Assembly: GCA_020184695.1 (NCBI GenBank)
Contig: JAANOX010000238.1
Coordinates: 434,001-498,000 of the forward strand
Direction of reading: 5' to 3'
Source: Histomonas meleagridis 2922-C6/04-290x
Lineage: Eukaryota; Protista; Parabasalia
DNA: 64,000 bases
Under the pieces are notes generated by a model. It had not been told where the DNA came from and did no database searches. It was given only the letters and a program-made list of their open reading frames with translations. Shown here one piece after another: positions 54,861 through 64,000 of the stretch. How positions within the stretch are numbered: the first letter of the stretch is position 1; every line of letters begins with the position of its first letter. The position numbers and the translations under genes are program-made.

Positions 54861-55622
54861 TTACCAACCAGCGCCTTCGCCAGCATTGTTCCATTCTTGT
54901 TCAGTTGAAGGAGCAGTGCCATCAGCAGCGGGTGCAGCATCAACAGTTGTAACATCGGTTGCAACTGTTTCTTCACCTTCGTGATCGATTTGTTCTTGGA
55001 TGTTTTGTTCATCGCGTGTATCACGGTAGAAGTAAAGATCTGGAAGAACCTTCCATTCTTGTGTGCGGAGGAGTTCACCACGGAGGCGGAGAACTTCGCG
55101 TGTAAGTAACCACATGACGAGACCGATTGATGTCTTATTCTTGGTGTTGCATGGGATAACACAGTCAACGAAGCGAAGGCTAGCATCAGTATCGCAGAGA
55201 GCAATGCATGGGATGTTAGCATATGCGGCTTCAGTGATAGCTTGTGTATCAGTGTTTGGATCACAAACAATGATAAGACGTGGTTCCATGAACTTGCCCT
55301 TGATTGAGTGGTTAGTGAAGAAACCTGGTGTGAAGCGCTGGTTGATGCAGAGGCAGCCAAGGAATTGTGAGAATTTGTGAACTGCACGTTGGCCGAATGG
55401 CTTAGCAGAAATGGCAAGAACATCACGTGGTTCTTCGACGGCATAGATCATACGTGCGGCGAGCTTGATTTTTTCGTATGTCATTCCGAGATTGATGATG
55501 TGTGTTCCTGTCTTTGTACGTGTGAAAACATATGGTTGCATTCCAAAGGAGAGATTGGATGAGCCAATGTGAACCTTGGCAGCGAGCATTTTCTTGATGG
55601 AGGCTTCTCTATCAGCTTGCAT
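54861..55622 (-). CDS. RPSA: 40S ribosomal protein SA (uS2), 253 aa
   Basis: KMLAAKVHIG, RFTPGFFTN, EPRLIIVCDPNTDTQAITEAAYANIPCIALCDTD, WLLTREVLRLRG. Start at MQADREAS. Confidence 0.97.
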   Translation of the reverse strand: MQADREASIKKMLAAKVHIGSSNLSFGMQPYVFTRTKTGTHIINLGMTYEKIKLAARMIYAVEEPRDVLAISAKPFGQRAVHKFSQFLGCLCINQRFTPGFFTNHSIKGKFMEPRLIIVCDPNTDTQAITEAAYANIPCIALCDTDASLRFVDCVIPCNTKNKTSIGLVMWLLTREVLRLRGELLRTQEWKVLPDLYFYRDTRDEQNIQEQIDHEGEETVATDVTTVDAAPAADGTAPSTEQEWNNAGEGAGW

Positions 55623-55629
55623 GGAGATC

Positions 55630-55649
55630 AAAGGTCGACCAAAACCGTA
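55630..55649 (-). promoter_or_regulatory. M3-like (TACGGTTT) plus M5 (CCTTT) core promoter of RPSA
   Basis: The minus strand reads TTACGGTTTTGGTCGACCTTTGATCTCC-ATG, the same arrangement as at RPL18A. Confidence 0.65.
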
Positions 55650-56821
55650 AAAAACCACTTTTTCATACCTAAAACGGTTTCTGGCAATATTCAGGGCACT
55701 CCAATTCGAAATAAAATTAAACAATCTAAATGTAGCTATATATCTGTTCACAATATCAAAAAATAATCACCACAATGGAAATTTAGTAATGTGCTCTCGG
55801 TTTTATTCATGTAATCACATTTAATGAATTAATTTCATTGGAGCATATATTATGATATTATGATATTATGACAACAAGAATGCATTTGATGAAATATTCC
55901 TAAGATTAATTTTTGGTAATTTTATTATAATATATCTATTACATCAAAATTTAAATTTTTTCATATTTGACAGTCGTTTTTGCCAAAATTTTGCAAAAAA
56001 CTTTTTGATAGCGAATATGGTGGAATTGAGAGGATTTCACGATAATATTACGGTTAGTTTCTGGAAATCATCGAAGAACGAATTCTTTACCATATTATTC
56101 ATGTTTTTATACAGAATAATTGCACCGCATCATGTGGTCTGGTACTTGAGATTACAGTTATATCTATTATAAGAATATATGAAGTAGTATTAGTCATTTA
56201 AGAATCAAATAGATTTTAATCTGGTGGCATATCTGTAAAAGTGACGGAATTGAGAAGAATCTGACATTATAAAAAAATCGAAATATTACTACGATAAAAA
56301 ATTATGATACTAGAATGTGAACATCAAAATATAAATTCAACAATAATTGTCATAATTAAACTACGAAAAAATTATTTTCTTTATGGGGATTCTCATTTTT
56401 TCGAGGATTTTCTTCGAGAAGAATTTGTATTGCTAAGTCGTTGAATAATCTTGGTCAGCATTTTGAAAAAGTTATCATTTCAATGAGAGACAAAAAAGTG
56501 GACGGTTAAGATTGAATGACAAATCAAAATTAAATCGATATTGAAAAATTATCCGTAGAAAAACATATTTTTCTCATAACACGAAGAAACCAAACTTTAC
56601 TTACGAAATAATAAAATTATCATTTATTTCGTTTTATTTTCTTTCTCCTTTATGATAAATAATATTAAAATAAAATTAAAATCATTTATTTTTTAATTTG
56701 AATGGTATTCAAAAAGGAATGTTTTCGCTTCAATATTTCAATAGTGACAATTGAAATTTTTGTGTATTTTCCAGAATCTGGAACGTATCTTCTCAATTGC
56801 GATAATAATCCTGAACGCCTG

Positions 56822-57841
56822 ATGTTGATCAGTTCTCAGCCTCAAATATCACTCACAGAGATTCAAGAAGTTTTGCCTGAGCATCATTATCATTTTGTAA
56901 GGACAATTGGCTCTGGCGGCTTCGGTTCTGTATTTCTTGTACATTCAGATAAATATAGTCAATGCTTTTGCATAAAGAGAATTAAGCTTGCAGAGTCTAT
57001 GTCTGGTGAAACAAAGAATGAAGCAGCAACATTACGTCGATTATGTCATCCAAACATTATTTCAATGTATGAATTTTTCTTCAATAACGCCCGCACTAAC
57101 TTATACATAGTACTAGAATACTGTGGTGGTGGTTCATTAAGAGAATTGATTGAAAAAGAAGGACCAATAAGACCGCCAAAATTATATTCATATTGTTATC
57201 AAATAATGAAAGCTCTTTTGTATTGCCACGACCAAAGCGTTGCCCATCGGGATATAAAGCCAGGAAACATTCTTTTAGACAATTATGGCAGACCAAAACT
57301 AGCAGATTTTGGCTTAAGCAAAAAGGTAGAAAAAGGTAAGACAACAAAAGACTGTGCTGGTTCACGACCATATATGGCTCCGGAGATTCTTAATTGTCAA
57401 AATTCAGATCCATTTTTAGCAGATATATGGTCACTTGGAATTACATTCTACACTATGGCATTTGGGAGGCTTCCATGGATATATCGCAACAATGAAGAAT
57501 TGGAAATGTCAATCAAAACTGGTATTATATCATTTCCATCATATGCAGACAAAGAATTTTGTCAATTAATTCGATCTATGACTTCAATAAATCCATCAAA
57601 AAGGGAATCACTCTCCAAACTCATACGTTCCCCAATATTTGAAAATATCCAGAAATATAATTACAGTTCAGTATGTCCATTACGCAAAGCAAGCACAGAA
57701 AATGTTTTACGTAGAGTGTTTTTAACGCCGACCAAATCAAAAACGAAAATTGTTAGGCAAAGAATTAATAATAAGTCTGATTTTTTGAAGAAACCAGAAA
57801 TGAAACAAGGAGCTGTGTTACAAAAGACCTTTGCGTTGTAG
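56822..57841 (+). CDS. CAMK-group Ser/Thr protein kinase (upstream in-frame ATG at 56702 also possible)
   Basis: IGSGGFGSV, HPNII, HRDIKPGN, DFG, GSRPYMAPE and DIWSLG. Confidence 0.92.
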   Translation: MLISSQPQISLTEIQEVLPEHHYHFVRTIGSGGFGSVFLVHSDKYSQCFCIKRIKLAESMSGETKNEAATLRRLCHPNIISMYEFFFNNARTNLYIVLEYCGGGSLRELIEKEGPIRPPKLYSYCYQIMKALLYCHDQSVAHRDIKPGNILLDNYGRPKLADFGLSKKVEKGKTTKDCAGSRPYMAPEILNCQNSDPFLADIWSLGITFYTMAFGRLPWIYRNNEELEMSIKTGIISFPSYADKEFCQLIRSMTSINPSKRESLSKLIRSPIFENIQKYNYSSVCPLRKASTENVLRRVFLTPTKSKTKIVRQRINNKSDFLKKPEMKQGAVLQKTFAL

Positions 57842-58074
57842 TGATTGAATAAATATTTTGCGGATTTTTTAATTTTATACTATAGTATACAAAAAGTGTT
57901 TAGTAAAATTGTTTCAAAATGATTTTTTGTTATTTGCTAACCAAAGCCAACAAGTTAAACATGATGTAACTATTAATTTATAGATCCATATTATTAATTA
58001 CAAAATGTATAACATTACACTTTTTGTAACGTTCATAATATTTTTAAGGTCTTGTTCATACACATTCGCTGAGG

Positions 58075-59448
58075 ATGGAAGAATTTGCTGTATATTCCAT
58101 ATTTTTCCTAGTCCTCTGGCTACTAATATCCGGTATATACTATCTTATCATCCGTAAAAAAGAACAAGAAAACATTGAAGTACAAATCAGAAATAACCCG
58201 CCATTTTCACAAAAACAATATGTTCCAACCACACCTAAATATCGAATTGATGAAATCCAAACGTTTGATGAGATGGTTAAACAAGCTCCAAAAACACCAG
58301 AAAAGCCAAAACTTGATTTTCTTCATGATGAACCAATATTTCGAAACACTAAAAAAACAGAAACAAACACAGGTCCCAAGTTTATTCCATATCGTAAACA
58401 GAATTATCAAACTCCACCACAGCAATCTTATAATTACAGAGTATATGTTTTACTTGTCATTTCTGCCTCATTTCTCATTGCTTTTCTCTGTCGTATCACC
58501 TACAAGTTTTCACTTACAGTATCATTAGTCTCTTATACGCTTGCTCTCATTACCCATTATCTCAACAAAGACGCCAAACATATGGAAGATACCTTTTCAT
58601 TTGAAAGCACCGAGTCCACCAAGCCCAAGCTCCAAACCGAGAGCCCCTCATCATGGTTTGCTCGTGAACCTCCGAAAGATCTTGTCACCGATTTCCACAT
58701 TGAAACCATTGTACATGATCATCCGTATCAACTTTCTGATCGCGCCACGTCATCCCTTCGTAAGTCCCTTTCATCTGCTATTAATTCCGATACGAAAGCC
58801 AATGAAACACTTAAGAAACTTGGCATCACCACAGTTGCGTACAACAAATATTTGTCCAACTTCAAATATTTCATATCGCAAACTGCGTTAACAAAGCTTG
58901 TCCAGAAGGTGCATTCCGACGAATCGATATACGTTTCGATGTTATCAGTTCCTGGTTTTGAACATTGTCGGGGGTATATCATTCATCGAATTAAAGCTTT
59001 AGCATCATCGCAATACTTGAGCGGGCATTTCGGCGATGGCGGCGATCGATATGAAGGCCGCGATTGGACGTCAGACTTGCCGTCTGATAACCAAATCATA
59101 ATGCACATCATCGCCGTCTGGATTTCGTACTTCATGAGCGGGAAAAACACTGAGCGAGTTCAGATGCTGTTTTACCAGAAGTGTTTGTTCATTCGTAGAG
59201 AGCCGATGTTGGAAAACGACGACGACATCGCTCTGTGCACAGACGACTTCGCGAATTTCTACGTCTATACAAGATACGATGGAATAGAGCCTGAAAAGTT
59301 TTTCACGTTTCCTGGAAGGGATTCGATGTACGCAGGAATGATGCTATTCTTTTGGTTCGTGATGAAGAAGAAAAACTTCTTACTCGGAGCCGCAGATTTG
59401 ACAGAGCCACCAATTTGTATGGACAGAATATTTTCACTTACTAAATAA
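58075..59448 (+). CDS. TMEM209-like nuclear envelope membrane protein, 457 aa
   Basis: N-terminal TM segments and C-terminal RGYIIHRIKALA...GG...WTSDLPSDNQIIMH, resembling the TMEM209 conserved block. Confidence 0.7.
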   Translation: MEEFAVYSIFFLVLWLLISGIYYLIIRKKEQENIEVQIRNNPPFSQKQYVPTTPKYRIDEIQTFDEMVKQAPKTPEKPKLDFLHDEPIFRNTKKTETNTGPKFIPYRKQNYQTPPQQSYNYRVYVLLVISASFLIAFLCRITYKFSLTVSLVSYTLALITHYLNKDAKHMEDTFSFESTESTKPKLQTESPSSWFAREPPKDLVTDFHIETIVHDHPYQLSDRATSSLRKSLSSAINSDTKANETLKKLGITTVAYNKYLSNFKYFISQTALTKLVQKVHSDESIYVSMLSVPGFEHCRGYIIHRIKALASSQYLSGHFGDGGDRYEGRDWTSDLPSDNQIIMHIIAVWISYFMSGKNTERVQMLFYQKCLFIRREPMLENDDDIALCTDDFANFYVYTRYDGIEPEKFFTFPGRDSMYAGMMLFFWFVMKKKNFLLGAADLTEPPICMDRIFSLTK

Positions 59449-60149
59449 AAGAAAAATAAATAAATAAATAAATTTTTGGTTATGTTCAAATATTTCGTTT
59501 ATGATTTTCTTTAAAACGTGAACATTTTTTGTTGTATCGAATATCAAATAGATTTTATTGCATTTGGTTATATTATTTTAAGTATTATATTATTTCATTG
59601 CTTATAATATATATATGCAGAGATCATTTGTTTCAATTAAATTATGATAAGCATGAGCACTTTATTGGATATTTAATATGATAAAATTCGATTGGGAAAT
59701 ATTATTTATGAAAAAAATTAATGATATTATCAGAAGAATTGAAAGATTATATGTTGATTTTTTTAAAAAAGCAAAACTTATCATGTTTAACTTATTTAAT
59801 TTATAAGTACATGAAATGCACAACAAAAATTACGCATCATAACATAAGAATACAAATAATGTTTAGAAATATGATCTATGATAATTGTCAATTAGAGATT
59901 ATCATTACTTCTAATCATATTCATCACATAATGCATGATACAAAATTTGATTATCATGATCATTATTTGATTCCTTCCACAAATTCCTCAAAAAAAAAAA
60001 ACAAAATTTGATATCCCAAGTGACATTAATTTTTTGAATGTATTTTCTTCAAAAAATAGATTGAATGGATTTGTTGGAAATATTTCAATAAATGAGATAA
60101 AAAAATAACAAGAAAAATTGTCGTTTCTTATTATTTGTTATGTTTTTCA

Positions 60150-61414
60150 TAAATATGTATCAAACATTTGATAATTTCACTAATACACTTACAATAACAT
60201 ATTAAGGTGAATTTGTTAATCAAACATATTGAAATATTACAAAACATATTATTATTGAAGACGGAATAATTTCTATACTACAAATTGCATTTTATGGATG
60301 GAAAAAAAATAACAACAATCAATCTCAATAATTCAGTTGAAACAATTAAAAGTAGTGCATTTTTTTATCGTTCATCATTAAATAATATTACAATTCCAAA
60401 TTTAGTTGAAACTTCAAAATATTCGAATCAAAGAAAATAATTCACAATATTCTAATTATCAAGAAGATTGTATTGTTTATGATAAAAACATATCGATTAT
60501 TATTATTTATGCACCAGGTAAAGAAAATGACACATTTTTATTTCCGAGATCGATCATAAATATTTCTGAATAATCATTTTCAAGTATTTTTTATTTAGAA
60601 AATATTATAATAAATGAAAATATTACGAATATTTCGTAATATTCATTTATTAATTGTCCACGATTAAAATGTATATATTATTTAGGAGAAATATCACCAA
60701 CGATTGAAAGTAAATCATTTGTTAATGTATTAACGAAAGATGTTATTGTTTCATTAACATATTTAAACGAAACATTTTGCACATTAAATATTGTTAAAGG
60801 ATTAAGTAATGAATGTCAAAAGTTAATTACATTTACATAAACACAATGGAACACATATTCTAAATCAAATACATTTTTCATTTCGAATACATTTTCTCAT
60901 TTGAATACACTTTCTAATTCAAATACATTTCCGAAATCATATTTGATAAATTCTTCATTCACATTTATGAGCACTTTAGCATATTTATATTCTAACACAC
61001 AAACAATATCATTATGTTATATAACACACAAATAAATTCAATCACATTTTTCATATATTAATTCATCACATAGATATATTGAAACAGAATTCATATATTA
61101 CAATTACACAATCATTTATTATTCGACATATTATAGTTTTTAACCTTATTTCTTCACAATTTTATATTCAAATGAATTTCAAACAAATAAAAATCAAAAT
61201 GTAATTATCATTTCAATTTGTTCTGCAGATGTTTCAATTATTATTATAACATTACTTATTATTATATTAAATAAAATCAAACACAAGAAACATTTCAATG
61301 AAGAACAAGAGACAGAAAACGTCGAACAAAATAACAATGAAATTCAAAACACATCAAAATGCAACAACAACGAATAATATTGAAGAGGATCCATTTGCAG
61401 ATGATTTTAAATAA
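60150..61414 (+). pseudogene. BspA/Pmp-like surface protein pseudogene (LRR, S/T-rich xTF repeats, TM helix, tail ending EEDPFADDFK)
   Basis: YSFINCPRLKCIYYLG, SNTF repeats and TM VSIIIITLLIIIL. Contains several in-frame TAA codons and 5' frameshifts. Confidence 0.8.
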
Positions 61415-61599
61415 GAAAAATTCATCATCAATCAACTTTAGGAGTTGGTAAAAATAAATATATAATTAAAATAATTTTTTTTTAAAAACATAAAACATAA
61501 TGCTGTTTGTATCTTTGCTTATATGCATTTAATACATAACAATTTCCATTTTTTTTGCCAAAAATTAAATTTAAACGTATTCTAACAATATACAATTTA

Positions 61600-63006
61600 T
61601 TAAAGTGGTATTTCTTCAGGAACTTCTGATTCCTTTCTTTTCATCTCTCTGTGTGCTCGCCATTTTTCTCTTTCAGAGAAAGATGATTTTCTAATTTGGT
61701 TCTTCTTCTTTGCTATGAAGTATGGATTGTAATCAACATCATATGGAAACTTAAAGTCTGACGCCTTCGGTGGGTCTGTGATTTCACTGGATGGGAAGTC
61801 GAAGTTTTCATCGGTCTCTGATTCGCTGTAATCGATTGAAGATGTCGTTTCTGATTCTTGACTATTTTGTGTATAAAATTCATCCTCTGTAAGCATTTGG
61901 CGTTCTCGTTCTCTGAGTTTCTTTAGTTCCTTTTCAGCAGCTCGATCTTGTAGTACTCGTTTATACATTGAGGATTCTAAATCTTTGTATCTTAAAAAGT
62001 TTTCAGTGAGTTTTTCTTCCGCATATTTAAGATCGTCTGTTACCAATAGGTTGTCGAATATTGACCCTGGCGTTTTTTGATAAACTTCAATCCCAAAATA
62101 TGAAAGATCATCAAAAACACCAAAGCCTTTATCTTCAATGTGACTAGGATTTTTAATCATTCTTGGCGTCCACTCGCCCATATAATTTGGGTTTTTAATT
62201 AACTTTGGAGACCATTTGCCTTTGTAATCAGGGTTAACGGTCTTCGGAGTACCCCGTTGACCGTTAATATTTTCATCAAAATTAGGAATTTCCAAAATTT
62301 TTGGATTTGGGATCTCTTGATCATCCCAATCATTTGGATCAGGTATAAATTCTCTGTTATCCCAATTTTCTGGAATTGATTCTTCAAGATCAGGAATATA
62401 TTCTGGACCACCTAATTCAAAATCTGTAGTTAAATTACCAAAAAGAGATTTTTTACCATCGAGACGAATTTCATAGCTTTGATTTGCAAATATAATAAGC
62501 GTATATGAGTGTGTAAGTTCATCATTATATGGTTCAAGAATTTTATGGTTATCGTAATAAGTACCATTTCTATTAATAATAAACGTTAATTTGTCTTTGT
62601 TTGGTTTGCATAAATCTGGTCCAAACATAACGGAATATTGTGATTTTGAACCGAAACGAAATGGTTGAAGTGACGAACTAAGAAGTTTAACATATCCGCC
62701 TGAACATTCGTAGCCATTTTCAAATTTGATTGTAAATTGTAGAATAAAATCTTTTCCTGAGGTGTTAAAAGATTCTTTAAATTTTGATGAAATTTGATAA
62801 CTTGCAGAAGAATCTATTGTTTGAATTCCCTTTTGAGCGGATTGGTTTCCATAATAAGAACCTGAGGTTAACCTGAAAGTTCCAATTTCGCCGCGAGTTG
62901 AATGTGCTTTACTTTGCACCCATCGTTGTTCCCAATCATCGTCATCAAAATTTTCCTCGAAATATATATTTGATTCAATCACTTGCAGTAAAAAGAGGAA
63001 AAACAT
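61600..63006 (-). CDS. Calreticulin/calnexin-family lectin chaperone (soluble, calreticulin-like), 468 aa
   Basis: Signal peptide, IYFEENF, ECSGGYVKL, YSVMFGPDLC, P-domain motifs (IPDPNDWD, GKWSPKLIKNPNYMGEW), GSIFDNLLVTDD and an acidic tail. Confidence 0.92.
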   Translation of the reverse strand: MFFLFLLQVIESNIYFEENFDDDDWEQRWVQSKAHSTRGEIGTFRLTSGSYYGNQSAQKGIQTIDSSASYQISSKFKESFNTSGKDFILQFTIKFENGYECSGGYVKLLSSSLQPFRFGSKSQYSVMFGPDLCKPNKDKLTFIINRNGTYYDNHKILEPYNDELTHSYTLIIFANQSYEIRLDGKKSLFGNLTTDFELGGPEYIPDLEESIPENWDNREFIPDPNDWDDQEIPNPKILEIPNFDENINGQRGTPKTVNPDYKGKWSPKLIKNPNYMGEWTPRMIKNPSHIEDKGFGVFDDLSYFGIEVYQKTPGSIFDNLLVTDDLKYAEEKLTENFLRYKDLESSMYKRVLQDRAAEKELKKLRERERQMLTEDEFYTQNSQESETTSSIDYSESETDENFDFPSSEITDPPKASDFKFPYDVDYNPYFIAKKKNQIRKSSFSEREKWRAHREMKRKESEVPEEIPL

Positions 63007-63349
63007 TTGTTTAGCCAGAAAAAACGTTTAAATAACCGTTCTTGCACCAGATCGAATCTTCAAAGACATTTGTTCACAACAATATTTGAAATCATTTTTG
63101 ATTTTACTTGATAACTTATTTGTTGTACTATTATGTAATTACTTAGTCATAAGAAAATTCAAAAATAAGAATAATGAAAATTAATTTGAAATACCTATTT
63201 CATGAATTTTCATTAAAACTCATGAATTAGACATAACTGTTGCATGTGTTTTATGTTAGTATTTTAAAAGAAACTAGTTGTTATTCATTGTTTCAAAAGG
63301 AGAAATGCTCTATGAAAATTAACGTATTAAAATGAACGTTTAGGAATTT

Positions 63350-64000
63350 ATGGATCAAAAGAGCGATGAACTTAATAAAGCAGCATCTAATGAAATTGAA
63401 TCATTAAAAAAGAAGATCAGAGGTTTGGAGGAAAAACTTGCAACGCAAAATGATGGAACTCAAGTTAGTCGTTCTGATTATGAAGCACTTGAGCAACGAT
63501 TAAAAGCTGAACAAGATGATCATATTCTAGTTGTTCATGCTTATCGTGATATTGAATCTCGACTTCAAGATGCCAACAAAAAAATTGAACAATATAAGCA
63601 AGACATCAAGTCATTAAAACGCACCTCATCAAAAGATAATTCCATTGATGAAGACAAAAACAACATAATCAAACAACAGACTCAAGAAATTGAAAGACTT
63701 GAATCATTAAATGTCAAACATCGGCAAGATGTTCTTGATTTCATCTCCGAAAAGAAGAAACTTACAGACATGAACAGGCGACTTGAATCCCATATTAGCG
63801 ATGTCGATAGTGCACTTGTTCAAATGATGGAACGTAACAAAGAGCTTGCAAAATCACTTCAAGAATCGGAAAATCGAAATTTAATTCTTGAAAACGAACT
63901 TAAAGCTCAATATAAAAACACTCACCAACTTGAACGAGAGATCTCCAAACTTAAATATAGTGAAAGGAGGAACACGAATGCGTTTTCTATTTCACGGCTT
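63350..64000 (+). CDS. Coiled-coil protein, partial (runs off the window end)
   Basis: ATG at 63350 (MDQKSDELNKAASNEIESLKKKIRGLEEKL...) with the frame open to 64000. Confidence 0.8.
   Translation, partial: MDQKSDELNKAASNEIESLKKKIRGLEEKLATQNDGTQVSRSDYEALEQRLKAEQDDHILVVHAYRDIESRLQDANKKIEQYKQDIKSLKRTSSKDNSIDEDKNNIIKQQTQEIERLESLNVKHRQDVLDFISEKKKLTDMNRRLESHISDVDSALVQMMERNKELAKSLQESENRNLILENELKAQYKNTHQLEREISKLKYSERRNTNAFSISRL

Noticed and set aside
60450-61380. Genome-wide TAA reassignment (ciliate- or hexamitid-like code)
   Set aside because: Conserved genes (RPL18A, RPSA, TOR, Myb) end at TAA at the expected positions and have no internal TAA.

Overview
AT-rich eukaryotic genomic DNA, not a prokaryote or virus. 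The window looks like a parabasalid (trichomonad, probably Tritrichomonas-like; this is an inference). The basis is compact, almost intron-free genes, BspA and ankyrin family expansions, M3/M5 promoter motifs on the ribosomal protein genes, and one 25-nt trichomonad-type spliceosomal intron. Housekeeping islands encode a DnaJ-like protein, RBBP6/Mpe1, a SPAG16-like N-terminal protein, a methyltransferase, an Ada3-like protein, RPL18A, an AGC kinase, a Myb protein, tRNA-Thr, an RJL GTPase, TOR, RPSA, a CAMK-type kinase, TMEM209 and calreticulin. They alternate with very AT-rich accessory tracts holding at least six copies or remnants of one ankyrin-repeat gene family, a 3.5-kb direct segmental duplication and a 1.1-kb inverted duplication. 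The main discovery candidate is in the ankyrin genes. Every ankyrin repeat is interrupted at the same codon positions by AT-rich inserts lacking GT-AG ends, with lengths quantised in units of 17 nt (17, 34, 51), flanking a 9-nt micro-exon. Removing them at 50145-52805 restores one uninterrupted ORF of about 693 aa with nine well-formed repeats. This suggests an undescribed non-canonical splicing, excision or recoding system. All assignments come from manual reading and motif recognition; no database searches were run.
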